In this document: positions 19,629 through 28,410 of the stretch, piece after piece
How the letters are laid out: each line of letters starts with the position of its first letter
Numbering within the stretch: position 1 is the stretch's first letter
IMG/VR virus record: IMGVR_UViG_2890351070_000001
Location: 10,912 to 74,911 of that record
Length of the DNA stretch: 64,000 nt
Reading direction: 5' to 3' (one strand)
Source: a virus
Lineage: Duplodnaviria; Caudoviricetes
Notes under the pieces: model-generated
Told to the model about the DNA's origin: nothing
Seen by the model: only the letters and a program-made list of their open reading frames with translations
The model's database searches: none
Translations under genes and position numbers: made by a program

Positions 19629-20043
19629 TGGCTATGAGTTCACACCTGAATATGATCTAGCTCAGATTAAAGCATCTCGTCCGAGTGGCGGGGTGCTGGT
19701 CTGGGTATCGCCCGATGATCCGGATAATCCTTTTACGGCAGCATGCCCCCACCAGATCACAGGACCAAGAGGGATGTATGTTGTTGTTCCGGGTGGTTTC
19801 AACTACGACGGAGCAAGTGTTCCTCGTCCGTTGTGGTGGTTTATCCCCCGGGCTGATGCTCGGTTCTTTCGAGCAGCAACTTTACACGATTTGCTATACG
19901 GAACCCACGAAGGTTCACGAGCTGTAGCAGATGCCATAATGCGTATTGTCGCGGAACAAGATCGTATGCCGTGGCTCAAACGTTGGGTTGCTTATATTGC
20001 TGTTAGGCTGGGCGGGCAGGCTGCTTGGTTGAATGATGGCTAA
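19621..20043 (+). CDS. DUF1353 family protein
   Basis: VPGGFNYDGASVPR...AATLHDLLY...ADAI...AVRLGG. Confidence 0.85.
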   Translation: MADGYEFTPEYDLAQIKASRPSGGVLVWVSPDDPDNPFTAACPHQITGPRGMYVVVPGGFNYDGASVPRPLWWFIPRADARFFRAATLHDLLYGTHEGSRAVADAIMRIVAEQDRMPWLKRWVAYIAVRLGGQAAWLNDG

Positions 20044-20090
20044 TCTCAATATGATAACCTTTAATTTGTCATTGTATGCATTTTACAAAA

Positions 20091-20135
20091 AAGACACCTA
20101 ATAAAACTATATTACTGAGTTTTATTAGGTGTCTT
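20091..20135. terminator. bidirectional terminator between convergent genes
   Basis: 18-bp perfect inverted repeat AAGACACCTAATAAAACT / AGTTTTATTAGGTGTCTT with flanking A and T tracts. Confidence 0.78.
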
Positions 20136-20144
20136 GTCTTTTGA

Positions 20145-20435
20145 TCAAAGGTCTTGTGGCGCAAAGTATTTTACAATAGGTGGTACGAGAAAATATGTAA
20201 CAAGTTCCTGCATAATACCATTCTCGGTTATGAACTTGATATAGGCCTTATGCTCTTCAATAGATGCCCAATCTTCATCTATAAGCATTTCTTTTCTGCT
20301 AGGATCGAAAAGTATATTCACTCGAATATTGCCAGGAAACTGTCGAACATTTGGTAAGTTTTGTTTTAAAAAAGTAATTAGAGTATCTATTTTGTCGGTA
20401 TTAATCTGACAATTTAACGTTACTCTTACATACAT
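20145..20435 (-). CDS. antibiotic biosynthesis monooxygenase (ABM)-like protein
   Basis: 96 aa, LPNVRQFPGN...EDWASIEEHKAY pattern. Confidence 0.75.
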   Translation of the reverse strand: MYVRVTLNCQINTDKIDTLITFLKQNLPNVRQFPGNIRVNILFDPSRKEMLIDEDWASIEEHKAYIKFITENGIMQELVTYFLVPPIVKYFAPQDL

Positions 20436-20528
20436 AGTTTTTCTCCATATTATATTGATATGGAGAGGCTATGTATTTATAGAAATTAAAACTGCCCAGA
20501 AAATGTCAAGAATACCGTTTCTGTTTCA

Positions 20529-21440
20529 TTAAGTTATAAAGCGGCGATATTCTTTTGGTGTCATACCATAAGATTCTTTGTAAGATTTAATAAAGTGTGA
20601 AACGTTTTCATAGCCAATATCGAGCGCAATTTCTGTAATGGTTTGATTCTGTTCTCTTAGAAGTTTTTCTGCATAAGACAAACGTTGTTTTTTTAACCAC
20701 TGTTTTGGGGGCATGTTATAACTGGTACGGAAATCTCGATTGAAACTTGATAAACTTCTTCCTGATAATCTTGCTAGATCCGCAATACTGAGTCTCAGGT
20801 GTTCCGGGTTTTGTAGCAGCCTTTTTACATTTCTTTTTGCAGATCGAGGTCGCTGCTGGGCAATAAGTGATGGTAGATTAATTTCTGGATTAGAGAGAGC
20901 GAGCAGATTTAAAAACTCCAAAAGTTTACTTTTTAATAGTCCTTTAGAAGAAAGTTGTTGCTCATTAAAGAGCCTTAGCGATTGGAAGTAATGTTTAAAG
21001 GCAATGTTACTTTTAATATTTAAAAATTTAACTTCATTCTTTTGTTTATTTCGATTTCTAATGATTTGGTCGGCGAGAAAATTTTTTACAACATTTTCAT
21101 CCAAGAAAATTAGAAAAGCTTTCAGTTGGCTCGACGTTCTGACGTAATCACTATGTAAATTAATACCATAAGGAAGAAACGTTATCGTGTCGGCATTTAT
21201 TGTAACAATATTCCCATCGGATGAGGTTATACGTTCTTTGCCCTGTTCGGCGTATATAAAACATGGTGTGTTACAGTAAAACTCAACGTTTACGAGGTCT
21301 TCTTTCAGCTCTTTATAATAAACGGCATTATTCCCATCTTTCATTAAGCAAGACGCTTCCACGAAATTATCTAATGCTTGCGGTAAAACAAGTATGTTCT
21401 TGGTTGTGAATTTTGCAATGGTTTGTGATGGATTGACCAT
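20529..21440 (-). CDS. AraC family transcriptional regulator
   Basis: LARLSGRSLSSFNRDF and IALDIGYENVSHFIKSYK...GMTPKEYR. Confidence 0.93.
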   Translation of the reverse strand: MVNPSQTIAKFTTKNILVLPQALDNFVEASCLMKDGNNAVYYKELKEDLVNVEFYCNTPCFIYAEQGKERITSSDGNIVTINADTITFLPYGINLHSDYVRTSSQLKAFLIFLDENVVKNFLADQIIRNRNKQKNEVKFLNIKSNIAFKHYFQSLRLFNEQQLSSKGLLKSKLLEFLNLLALSNPEINLPSLIAQQRPRSAKRNVKRLLQNPEHLRLSIADLARLSGRSLSSFNRDFRTSYNMPPKQWLKKQRLSYAEKLLREQNQTITEIALDIGYENVSHFIKSYKESYGMTPKEYRRFIT

Positions 21441-21736
21441 TTTGTTAATCGATTTCTGTGTAATGTTTAATTATTGTCAGTTTGTTTCTCAAGTAGCACA
21501 TTGACCACCAAAATACTCTGCGTCATTTTGCTTTATAAATTTAACCGTTTATGAATTTGTTAGTTTAGCTTCTGTGATTTAGAATCCAAATTTTCTAATC
21601 AAAGTATTGATAGTATGGTTTTATAACGCTTTAACAGCACTGTTCCTGCGCACTTTGATAGAAAGTGCATTTTTCTGTATTTTTCACTTTACAGATTTGA
21701 TGTTAGACCTTAGTAATTCGGCTGTTCACAGAATGT

Positions 21737-21827
21737 GGAGAGTTGGCCGAGTGGCTGAAGGCGCTCCCCTGCTAAGGGAGTATACGTTAATCGCGTATCG
21801 AGGGTTCGAATCCCTCACTCTCCGCCA
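21737..21827 (+). tRNA. tRNA-Ser(GCT)
   Basis: GGAGAG acceptor pairing CTCTCC-GCCA, anticodon arm CTCCC-CTGCTAA-GGGAG, long variable arm, GGTTCGAATCC. Confidence 0.97.
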
Positions 21828-21834
21828 TTTTGAT

Positions 21835-21869
21835 AAGCTCCAAGGCGAAAGTCTCGGAGCTTTTCTTTT
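21835..21869 (+). terminator. intrinsic terminator after tRNA
   Basis: AAGCTCCAAGGC-GAAA-GTCTCGGAGCTT followed by T tract. Confidence 0.75.
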
Positions 21870-21958
21870 GTCTAAGTATCTGTATTTAAATGCATAATAT
21901 GAGGTTGAGGAAATAGGTATTCTCTCTTTTCTCGTTATCTGATAAAAGAAAATCATGT

Positions 21959-21982
21959 AAATCGAGACACAAATCGAGACAC
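21959..21982. repeat. 12-bp tandem direct repeat, candidate integrase arm-type sites
   Basis: AAATCGAGACAC twice, between tRNA and integrase. Confidence 0.6.
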
Positions 21983-22008
21983 ATTTAAGGTTTTCTGGAG
22001 TCACGCAC

Positions 22009-23310
22009 TTGGACAAAAAACATCTCTTGGTAGTAGGCAAGAAATGGTACTACAAGCGAAGAGTCCCTGAAGAATACCGTCATTTAGATAAGCGCGAGTT
22101 CGTCCGTGTGTCGCTGAAAACAGATAGTTATGATGAAGCTCTTAAAAGAGTTGTTGCTGTAAATCAGGCAACCGAAGAATATTGGGATAACCTTGAGGGC
22201 TCCCAATCTCAATTAGCACAAGAGCGATATGAAACTGCAATCAAAATGGCTCGTAAAGTGGGGCTGTCTTACCTGCAGGCAGAGGAAATCGCAACAATCC
22301 CACTAGAAGATATCATGCATCGCCTATCATTTATGAAGGGCAATAAAAAAGATGCGGCAAAGATGGCTGCTGTCTTTGGTGGTGTGGAAGAGCCAGAACT
22401 AACCTTAATGCAAGCCGAGCAACGTTTTATAGAGCTCGTGCCGGAAAAGTTAAAAGGTAAAAATGCTGATCAGTCCCGACGTTGGCGTAACCCACGAAAG
22501 AAAGCTATTCGTAACTTTATCTCGGTCATTGGAGACAAGCCATTATCAAAAATTACCAGGGATGATGCTCTTGTTTTTCGTGATTGGTGGTATAGGCGGA
22601 TATCAGAAGAGGGTTTAACCGAAAACTCAGCCAATAAGGATATCGGGCATATCCGGCAAATCTTCAACACCATTAAAGACCGCCTCAGAATACCTCTGCC
22701 TGATGATCCTTTTGAACGGTTATCGTTTTCTGAGAAAAGGTCGTCTGAACGATTGCCGCTCGATCGTAAGTTTGTGCAGACCGAACTTATTGACGGAAAA
22801 GCTTTAGCCGGTTTGAATGAAGAGGCTCAAGCTTTAGTCATGATTATGGCATCTACTGGTGCGAGGGTTGGCGAAGTGTGCGGGTTAACGTCCGAAGAGA
22901 TAGACCTCACCTCTGATATCCCGTTTATACGCATTCAGTTTAATGAAATTCGTGCTCTTAAAACAGTTTACTCTGTTCGAGACATACCGCTTTGCGGGTC
23001 TGCATTGATCGCGTTGCAAAAATTTCCTGATGGCCTAACAAGATACCTGGGCCGTGCCGATAGCTGTTCTACTGAAATCAACAAGTATTTTAGAGAGAAT
23101 TCTATTTTGCCCGATGAGGGTATGTCGCTTTATTCTTTACGTCACACGTTCCAAGACGAATTGGTCGCCCTTGAGTGTGGCGATAGAATGCAATGTGATC
23201 TAATGGGGCATAAATTTAATAGACCTAGATATGGTCGTGGGGCGACGTTAGCGCATAAGAAGGAATGGGTTGAGCGGTGTGCTTTTTACTCATCTTCAAC
23301 TCAGCCATAG
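22009..23310 (+). CDS. int: tyrosine integrase with DUF6538-like N-terminus
   Basis: WYYKRRVP...VSLKT N-terminus; TGARVGEV, YSLRHTF, LMGH, RYG catalytic motifs. Confidence 0.93.
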   Translation: MDKKHLLVVGKKWYYKRRVPEEYRHLDKREFVRVSLKTDSYDEALKRVVAVNQATEEYWDNLEGSQSQLAQERYETAIKMARKVGLSYLQAEEIATIPLEDIMHRLSFMKGNKKDAAKMAAVFGGVEEPELTLMQAEQRFIELVPEKLKGKNADQSRRWRNPRKKAIRNFISVIGDKPLSKITRDDALVFRDWWYRRISEEGLTENSANKDIGHIRQIFNTIKDRLRIPLPDDPFERLSFSEKRSSERLPLDRKFVQTELIDGKALAGLNEEAQALVMIMASTGARVGEVCGLTSEEIDLTSDIPFIRIQFNEIRALKTVYSVRDIPLCGSALIALQKFPDGLTRYLGRADSCSTEINKYFRENSILPDEGMSLYSLRHTFQDELVALECGDRMQCDLMGHKFNRPRYGRGATLAHKKEWVERCAFYSSSTQP

Positions 23311-23470
23311 CTGCCATAACTTCTAATTGGTCAGAAGCTCTTTTTCTTGCTTCATATTCTTTGTGTAACCGCTCAAATATTGGGCGATAAACATTGCCAT
23401 GTTCTTGAACGAGCCAAGCCATGAATGCCGTGGCATCTTCCAATTCCTCTATGGAAATGCGGCTATTCAT
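23225..23470 (-). CDS. phage hypothetical protein
   Basis: Last gene of leftward operon, GGAGA RBS, overlaps integrase 3' end. Confidence 0.55.
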   Translation of the reverse strand: MNSRISIEELEDATAFMAWLVQEHGNVYRPIFERLHKEYEARKRASDQLEVMAAMAELKMSKKHTAQPIPSYALTSPHDHI

Positions 23471-23642
23471 GGCTATTTATTATCTCCTTCCTCTCTACTT
23501 TCCATATTCAAGCTTTAGGCTTGGCCTCTATTACCTAATTCCCAATTCCTTGCTCAGCTTCTCGACTTGTTTTGCTGTGAGCGGTGGACGCCCGACAGCG
23601 GCTAAGGCTGCTTGTATACGGCTGCTGTAGGTCATGCGCTTG

Positions 23643-24554
23643 TTACTCTTGGTTTGTTGTTTCATCTTGAGGCCAAGCAGCTTCGTAGGCATCAATTGTG
23701 TCAGGGCTTTTGAGGTGTTCGAGCATTTGGTAACCTGTCTGACGATCAGGTGCTGATTGTATTAGCTCCATAACTTTCTCTTCAAGTTCGTCCTCGCCAG
23801 CACATTCAAAAACTTGACCGTTCCAATCTGTGACTGACCAGCTAAGTTCCGTTGCGTCTTTAAAATCGGGAACTTCTTCCTGATCAATGTCAACTAGTTC
23901 AGGCTCTGGCTTGGCTGGTTTCTGGGCCGTTGCAGCTTGGAGGTTTGGCTTATAGGTTCCGTACGGGTCTGCTTTTAGTTCGCCACTGGCTTGTATGTCG
24001 TCAAGTTCGTCAGTGGTTTTCATGCCATACATAACTTCTGGCATGTGCAACCGGATAAGAAATGTTGCTGACCTGTATGAGAGCATCAACTCAGGTATCG
24101 ATTGATACTTGGTGTTGCTTGTCCATCCTTCTGCCTTAGCCATGGCCATACTAACGGATTGGCTAATATTTTTCCCACCAAACTTATCTTTTAGCTTTGC
24201 TGTTGCTGTTACCTCGAGGCTTTCGCCAGATCCTTTTGTTTCAAAAGTAATGGGGTGCTCTAATTTCCCACATTGATTAGCGCAACTAATCAGATAGGTC
24301 GTTTTCCATCCGGGTGTTCCGTGAACAAAAAAGATGTTTTGAGCCAGCATAATTGGGTTAATCCGAAGGTCTAAAGCCATAATGCAGACAAGTGTGCAAT
24401 CCTCTTGTTTCTTTTGGAGGTGCTTCGGGACAAGCTGACTCTTAGCCAGCATAGTACCTGCCCGGTACATCTGGTTAAACAATTCAGGGTTTGTATACGC
24501 AGCCATTGGGCTGTTGCTCGGGCCTATAACTGGGACGATGTTTTGTTGTTCCAT
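23643..24554 (-). CDS. RecT/Redbeta-like single-strand annealing protein
   Basis: LAKSQLVPKH, INPIMLAQNIFFVHG, MAKAEGW, MLSYRSA...PEVMYG motifs; early operon position. Confidence 0.75.
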   Translation of the reverse strand: MEQQNIVPVIGPSNSPMAAYTNPELFNQMYRAGTMLAKSQLVPKHLQKKQEDCTLVCIMALDLRINPIMLAQNIFFVHGTPGWKTTYLISCANQCGKLEHPITFETKGSGESLEVTATAKLKDKFGGKNISQSVSMAMAKAEGWTSNTKYQSIPELMLSYRSATFLIRLHMPEVMYGMKTTDELDDIQASGELKADPYGTYKPNLQAATAQKPAKPEPELVDIDQEEVPDFKDATELSWSVTDWNGQVFECAGEDELEEKVMELIQSAPDRQTGYQMLEHLKSPDTIDAYEAAWPQDETTNQE

Positions 24555-24556
24555 AA

Positions 24557-25273
24557 TTATCTCACCACTGCTTGTTGTTCTTGGGTAATGCTCACACCGG
24601 GGATTTCGATAACCCCATCAGCATGAACAGCGCGGGCTGCTTTCAGAATGTCGTCATCTGAGAGATATTGCAGAAGGCTCGCGGAGACCTTGGCACGATC
24701 TTCGATAACAAAGACGGTTTTTGTGCGTAGGCTTGCTGTTTGCCCGTAGTTAGTCCTTACAGATGAATCAGCAGCCTTGATGTTTGCGGCCTTTTCCAGA
24801 GCCTTCTCAGCACGCTGCTTCTCAACTTCATTCTGTGCTGCTTCCCGTTCTGCTTTGGCCTTGGCCTCAGCTTCTTCACGGGCTTTTCTGGCGGCTTCAT
24901 CAGCAAGTTGTCTTTGCTCAACCTGATAAGCGGTAAGTTTTGCGCCTGCGACTTTTTTGGCCTTAGAGAGCATTTCGCCGAACGGCTTATAGAAAGCGTC
25001 TACGGTTTTACCGCTTTCCAGAAACGGGGCTTTATCTTCTTTTCTGGATTTGTCCGCATTAGAGCCAGCTTTAGAGATTTGTTTAATCAGGACAGTGACC
25101 TTGTCGGCAGTGTCTGCATCTTTAATATCAGGTACACGATGAGCGGCCTCATAAAGCTCTGAAACGCGGCCCTCAATACCTTCATTCTTTTCTTTAAGGT
25201 GAGCATTCAATAGCTCAATATCTGAGGGCGGGAAGTTATCGCCAATGCCAGGTGTTTGAATTGCAGTGTCCAT
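24557..25273 (-). CDS. phage coiled-coil protein (recombination region)
   Basis: GIGDNFPP start, RKEDKAPFL..GK.VDAFY, IPGVSI C-terminus. Confidence 0.7.
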   Translation of the reverse strand: MDTAIQTPGIGDNFPPSDIELLNAHLKEKNEGIEGRVSELYEAAHRVPDIKDADTADKVTVLIKQISKAGSNADKSRKEDKAPFLESGKTVDAFYKPFGEMLSKAKKVAGAKLTAYQVEQRQLADEAARKAREEAEAKAKAEREAAQNEVEKQRAEKALEKAANIKAADSSVRTNYGQTASLRTKTVFVIEDRAKVSASLLQYLSDDDILKAARAVHADGVIEIPGVSITQEQQAVVR

Positions 25274-25284
25274 CTTATGAACTC

Positions 25285-25638
25285 CTAAAAGGTTGGAACG
25301 GGTAGCTCGTTAATATCAACGGCCTTGCGTGGGTTGGCTTCCGGCATAAATGGGGCGCTTTCTTCTGCCCACTGCTTGGTTGCCATGAAGTAATCAAATT
25401 CTTGTTTGGTGATCGGTGTGTTGATCCAGACTTTAAAAGGGTCGGCTTCTATTCCGTTGACTTTCGCCATAAGCCAGCCTGAGCGATCACAACTTGGGCG
25501 GCTAACATGGGGAACACTTCCGCCGATAGTGCACTGACATTCGCGCCAGATACGTGCTGCAACCCAAGGGCCGTTTTTGACAAGGCGTGTCTTGAAGTAA
25601 CCGGGCTGTGGGTTTCCGATGTTTCTATGATTACTCAT
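25285..25638 (-). CDS. phage hypothetical protein
   Basis: PQPGYFKTRLVKNGPWVAARIW pattern; operon context. Confidence 0.7.
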   Translation of the reverse strand: MSNHRNIGNPQPGYFKTRLVKNGPWVAARIWRECQCTIGGSVPHVSRPSCDRSGWLMAKVNGIEADPFKVWINTPITKQEFDYFMATKQWAEESAPFMPEANPRKAVDINELPVPTF

Positions 25639-25776
25639 AGATTGCTCCGTGTATCTCTGTGGGTGTGGGGAGGTGAGGCGGCTCTGGTGCTGTTCTCGCT
25701 ATGCCAAATGCCGCCAGGGTGATGATGAAGGTGACAGCGGCAACGCTGAGAACTTCAACGAGCTTTGGGCGGGTCA

Positions 25777-26130
25777 TTACTCTGCTGCTAAACCAAGTGT
25801 ATCGCCATATGAGCCAACAAATAGGCTCTCGAACGCGCTTTCATCACGGAACACGCAGCCAGCATCTTCTAGCTGCTCTTTAGCGTCTGCCATGAAGTTG
25901 ACGTTGTTTGTTAGATCTTTGAACGCAACACCCTTAAGCGTGTCTGGCAGATCTCGAAGAATGGTTTCTTTGCTTGGATAGCCTTTGAAGCCTTCCATCT
26001 GTAATTCAGTAATCACGGGGCGGTTATCAGCAGCAGTGACAGTTGCAATCAGTTCCAAGCTGCTAAAACAAAACCCATCAACCTTATAGTCCCATGTCAA
26101 AGGTACGGTAGCTTCGATTGATTGTGTCAT
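25777..26130 (-). CDS. first gene of leftward early operon, hypothetical
   Basis: ATG 26130 with GAGG RBS, downstream of PL-like promoter. Confidence 0.6.
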   Translation of the reverse strand: MTQSIEATVPLTWDYKVDGFCFSSLELIATVTAADNRPVITELQMEGFKGYPSKETILRDLPDTLKGVAFKDLTNNVNFMADAKEQLEDAGCVFRDESAFESLFVGSYGDTLGLAAE

Positions 26131-26161
26131 CTGACTGGCCTCTATCTGTTGTGATAGATGC

Positions 26162-26215
26162 AATGTACCCATATTGGGTATAATAGTCAATAAAAATATG
26201 TACCCATATTGGGTC
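26162..26215 (-). promoter_or_regulatory. PL-like promoter with two repressor operators
   Basis: Minus strand TTGACT-17nt-TACATT; ATGTACCCATATTGGGT repeated at 26163-26179 and 26198-26214 (palindromic core TACCCA-N3-TGGGT). Confidence 0.85.
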
Positions 26216-26352
26216 TTTTTGTTTTTACGTTTTTTGCAAATGATTTGTTAATAGTCTCAGGGTACAAAAAATGCGTACTGGATTAACCGGTACGCTTCTT
26301 GATTGTGAATAAGCCTCAGCTAGATTTGCTGAGGTTTATTTTAATATAAATA

Positions 26353-26784
26353 TCAGATGTTTGTCGTTAATCTTTTAGCCACGAAATCGATAACAGCCCT
26401 TATATCCTGTGTATTCACTCCGTCCTCAGATGAAGATTTCTCAAGATAATAATCGTAAATAGAAACAAATGCTTCTGCGAAATCTTCTGGCTTAGCGTTT
26501 ACCACTCCGGGGTGTTCAGCAAGCCGCAAAGCAATTGACTGAATGGTTTCTCTTATATCTGGGGCTGGCTGTACGGGACCTATATGAAATAACATGCCGC
26601 TAGCATTCTCGATACTATTCAAGGTTTTTGAGCTTAGAGCGTGGGATGGATCGTCGGAGTTTATAAAGCGGTTGATCGTGGAAATAGCCACGCCGCTTTC
26701 ATTGGCTAGCTTGTAGCCAGACCAGCCTTTGCCGTCCATGACTTGGCGGATATATTTCTTCTGCTTATCAACTAAATTACTCAT
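26353..26784 (-). CDS. XRE-family HTH regulator
   Basis: GWSGYKLANESGVAISTINRF. Confidence 0.82.
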   Translation of the reverse strand: MSNLVDKQKKYIRQVMDGKGWSGYKLANESGVAISTINRFINSDDPSHALSSKTLNSIENASGMLFHIGPVQPAPDIRETIQSIALRLAEHPGVVNAKPEDFAEAFVSIYDYYLEKSSSEDGVNTQDIRAVIDFVAKRLTTNI

Positions 26785-26919
26785 TAAACAAGAGCCAAGC
26801 GAAGGGTAAGGGGAAATAATAAATCATACTAATGCCATATAGTCTATAATTGTGAAATTATGAATTGTACAACTATATGTATATGCTGTGCTGTTGCCAA
26901 AAATACACAGAGGTACAAT

Positions 26920-27639
26920 ATGCAAAGCACAAAAATGCTATACGATCTATCCTTTTGTTTGTCTGCAATAAAAGAGCAGCTTGAAGGATATGGAATAGGA
27001 ATTGAAACATCAGAAGATTTCGAGGAATTTCAATCCGTTTGCGCGGGAGCTGACAGAAGGCATTCAATCTCAGAACCTTTCAGTCCTGAGTATTTTGACA
27101 TCTTGCCTAAAGAAGGTGTCTGGATGAGAGGATATGATCATAACGGCAAAACCATTCATACTTCAGCCTTAAGAATAAATGATTTAGGAGATGTAACGCT
27201 AGCTGAGTATTGGTTAAAGCAGCTCAAGCGGTTGCACGGAGGTCAGCCCGCAAAGACATCGTGTCCAGGAGCGAAAAAAATAACAGGCAAAGTGGTTTAT
27301 CAGGGCGACGTTTGGTTGCATAAAGATCATAGAGGTAATGACTTGGGTGGTTTGTTTTTCAAGCTTGGCCTTGTAACCGCCTTATTGAAGTGGGACCCTG
27401 ATTATGTATATGGATTTGTAGCGGAGAAGTTAATTTTTAAGGGTTTCGCGGCTCGGGGCGGATACGTTCATTGCGAACCGGCAGGATCGCACTGGTCACA
27501 GACCCCAAATGTGGATCCGAAAGATTGGCTGGTATGGATGGGAAAGGATGATGTCCATTATCTCGCAGAACAACCAATGACCGTAACCACTGCAAAGAGC
27601 CGACCAATAGAATCCCATTTGGAAAGCGAACTGGCATAA
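26920..27639 (+). CDS. GNAT-fold acyltransferase-like protein
   Basis: VYQGDVWLHKDHRGNDLG resembles GNAT motif A; ATG 26920 after GAGG. Confidence 0.55.
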   Translation: MQSTKMLYDLSFCLSAIKEQLEGYGIGIETSEDFEEFQSVCAGADRRHSISEPFSPEYFDILPKEGVWMRGYDHNGKTIHTSALRINDLGDVTLAEYWLKQLKRLHGGQPAKTSCPGAKKITGKVVYQGDVWLHKDHRGNDLGGLFFKLGLVTALLKWDPDYVYGFVAEKLIFKGFAARGGYVHCEPAGSHWSQTPNVDPKDWLVWMGKDDVHYLAEQPMTVTTAKSRPIESHLESELA

Positions 27640-28048
27640 GTAATCGTTCATAATGAACGACACATTCGCCATGCTTAGGGTGTTGCAGTGGTGCAATTAC
27701 GGTGTGCAGTTGCGGCTCCCTTCGCTCTATGACGTCTGCGTATTCATCAGTGATCTTCTCATCAAACTCTCTGTCAGGTGGGCCGGGTGAACCTGCACAA
27801 GCTATTGCCCAATCTTTACCCCAAACGCGAGCAGCAAGAGATTTTGGGCCAACATGTAAGTAGGGGGGAGTTACACCCTTTTGTTCAACAACTGACAACT
27901 GCAAGTGCCTCAAAATAAAGGCTGCTTCTGCATTATTTCGTATCACGCCATCGTTCTGCTGCCACCAATCCATACCCATATTAAAAATAGGCCTGCTTTT
28001 ATCCTCTAGGAGAGAAAAAGATCTTGGCTCTATTAAGGTGACAGGCAT
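27437..28048 (-). CDS. PAS-like domain protein
   Basis: Y..V..RREPQLHTV...VHYERLLMP pattern of PAS_5-type domains. Confidence 0.5.
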   Translation of the reverse strand: MPVTLIEPRSFSLLEDKSRPIFNMGMDWWQQNDGVIRNNAEAAFILRHLQLSVVEQKGVTPPYLHVGPKSLAARVWGKDWAIACAGSPGPPDREFDEKITDEYADVIERREPQLHTVIAPLQHPKHGECVVHYERLLMPVRFPNGILLVGSLQWLRSLVVLRDNGHHPFPSIPANLSDPHLGSVTSAILPVRNERIRPEPRNP

Positions 28049-28049
28049 T

Positions 28050-28328
28050 TTACTGCCTTCCGATTGTATCGATTGGCACGACATTTTTGTCGTTTGCTTG
28101 AAGTAGTTGCTGATGAGTGAGAATTATCTTGTGAACTTCTACGAGCTGTTCGTAAGAAAGTTTTTCGATGTCGGTAGAGGTAAATCGTTTCTCTATAAAT
28201 TGATTTACGATTAAGTCTGTTTTATGAGTTTTAATCGAATGCAGAATATTGCTTTTTAATTCTTCTTTCGAAGGCTGGAGGCACCCTTCAAAGATTTCAA
28301 TTAGCCTCTGCTTTATTTCTGAGGTCAT
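28050..28328 (-). CDS. hypothetical protein
   Basis: Co-oriented, abuts PAS-like gene. Confidence 0.55.
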   Translation of the reverse strand: MTSEIKQRLIEIFEGCLQPSKEELKSNILHSIKTHKTDLIVNQFIEKRFTSTDIEKLSYEQLVEVHKIILTHQQLLQANDKNVVPIDTIGRQ

Positions 28329-28410
28329 ACGTTCCGAATACCCCTGTATGCGTTATTTTTGGTTGTTGCATCAAGAGGATACCAGTAACGGTGGTTGTGT
28401 CAATCTTGAG

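Larger units (their letters stand above)
1..20043 (+). mobile_element. Module 1: podovirus-type virion morphogenesis and lysis operon (prophage remnant, satellite or domesticated particle); left boundary outside window
   Basis: Collinear with 45428-62900 apart from the ejection, tail-fibre and holin segments; all ORFs intact; no terminase, integrase or replication gene within the window. Confidence 0.85.

Noticed and set aside
21607-22040. ORFs 21607-21897 and 21726-22040
   Set aside because: They overlap the tRNA gene and its terminator; shadow frames
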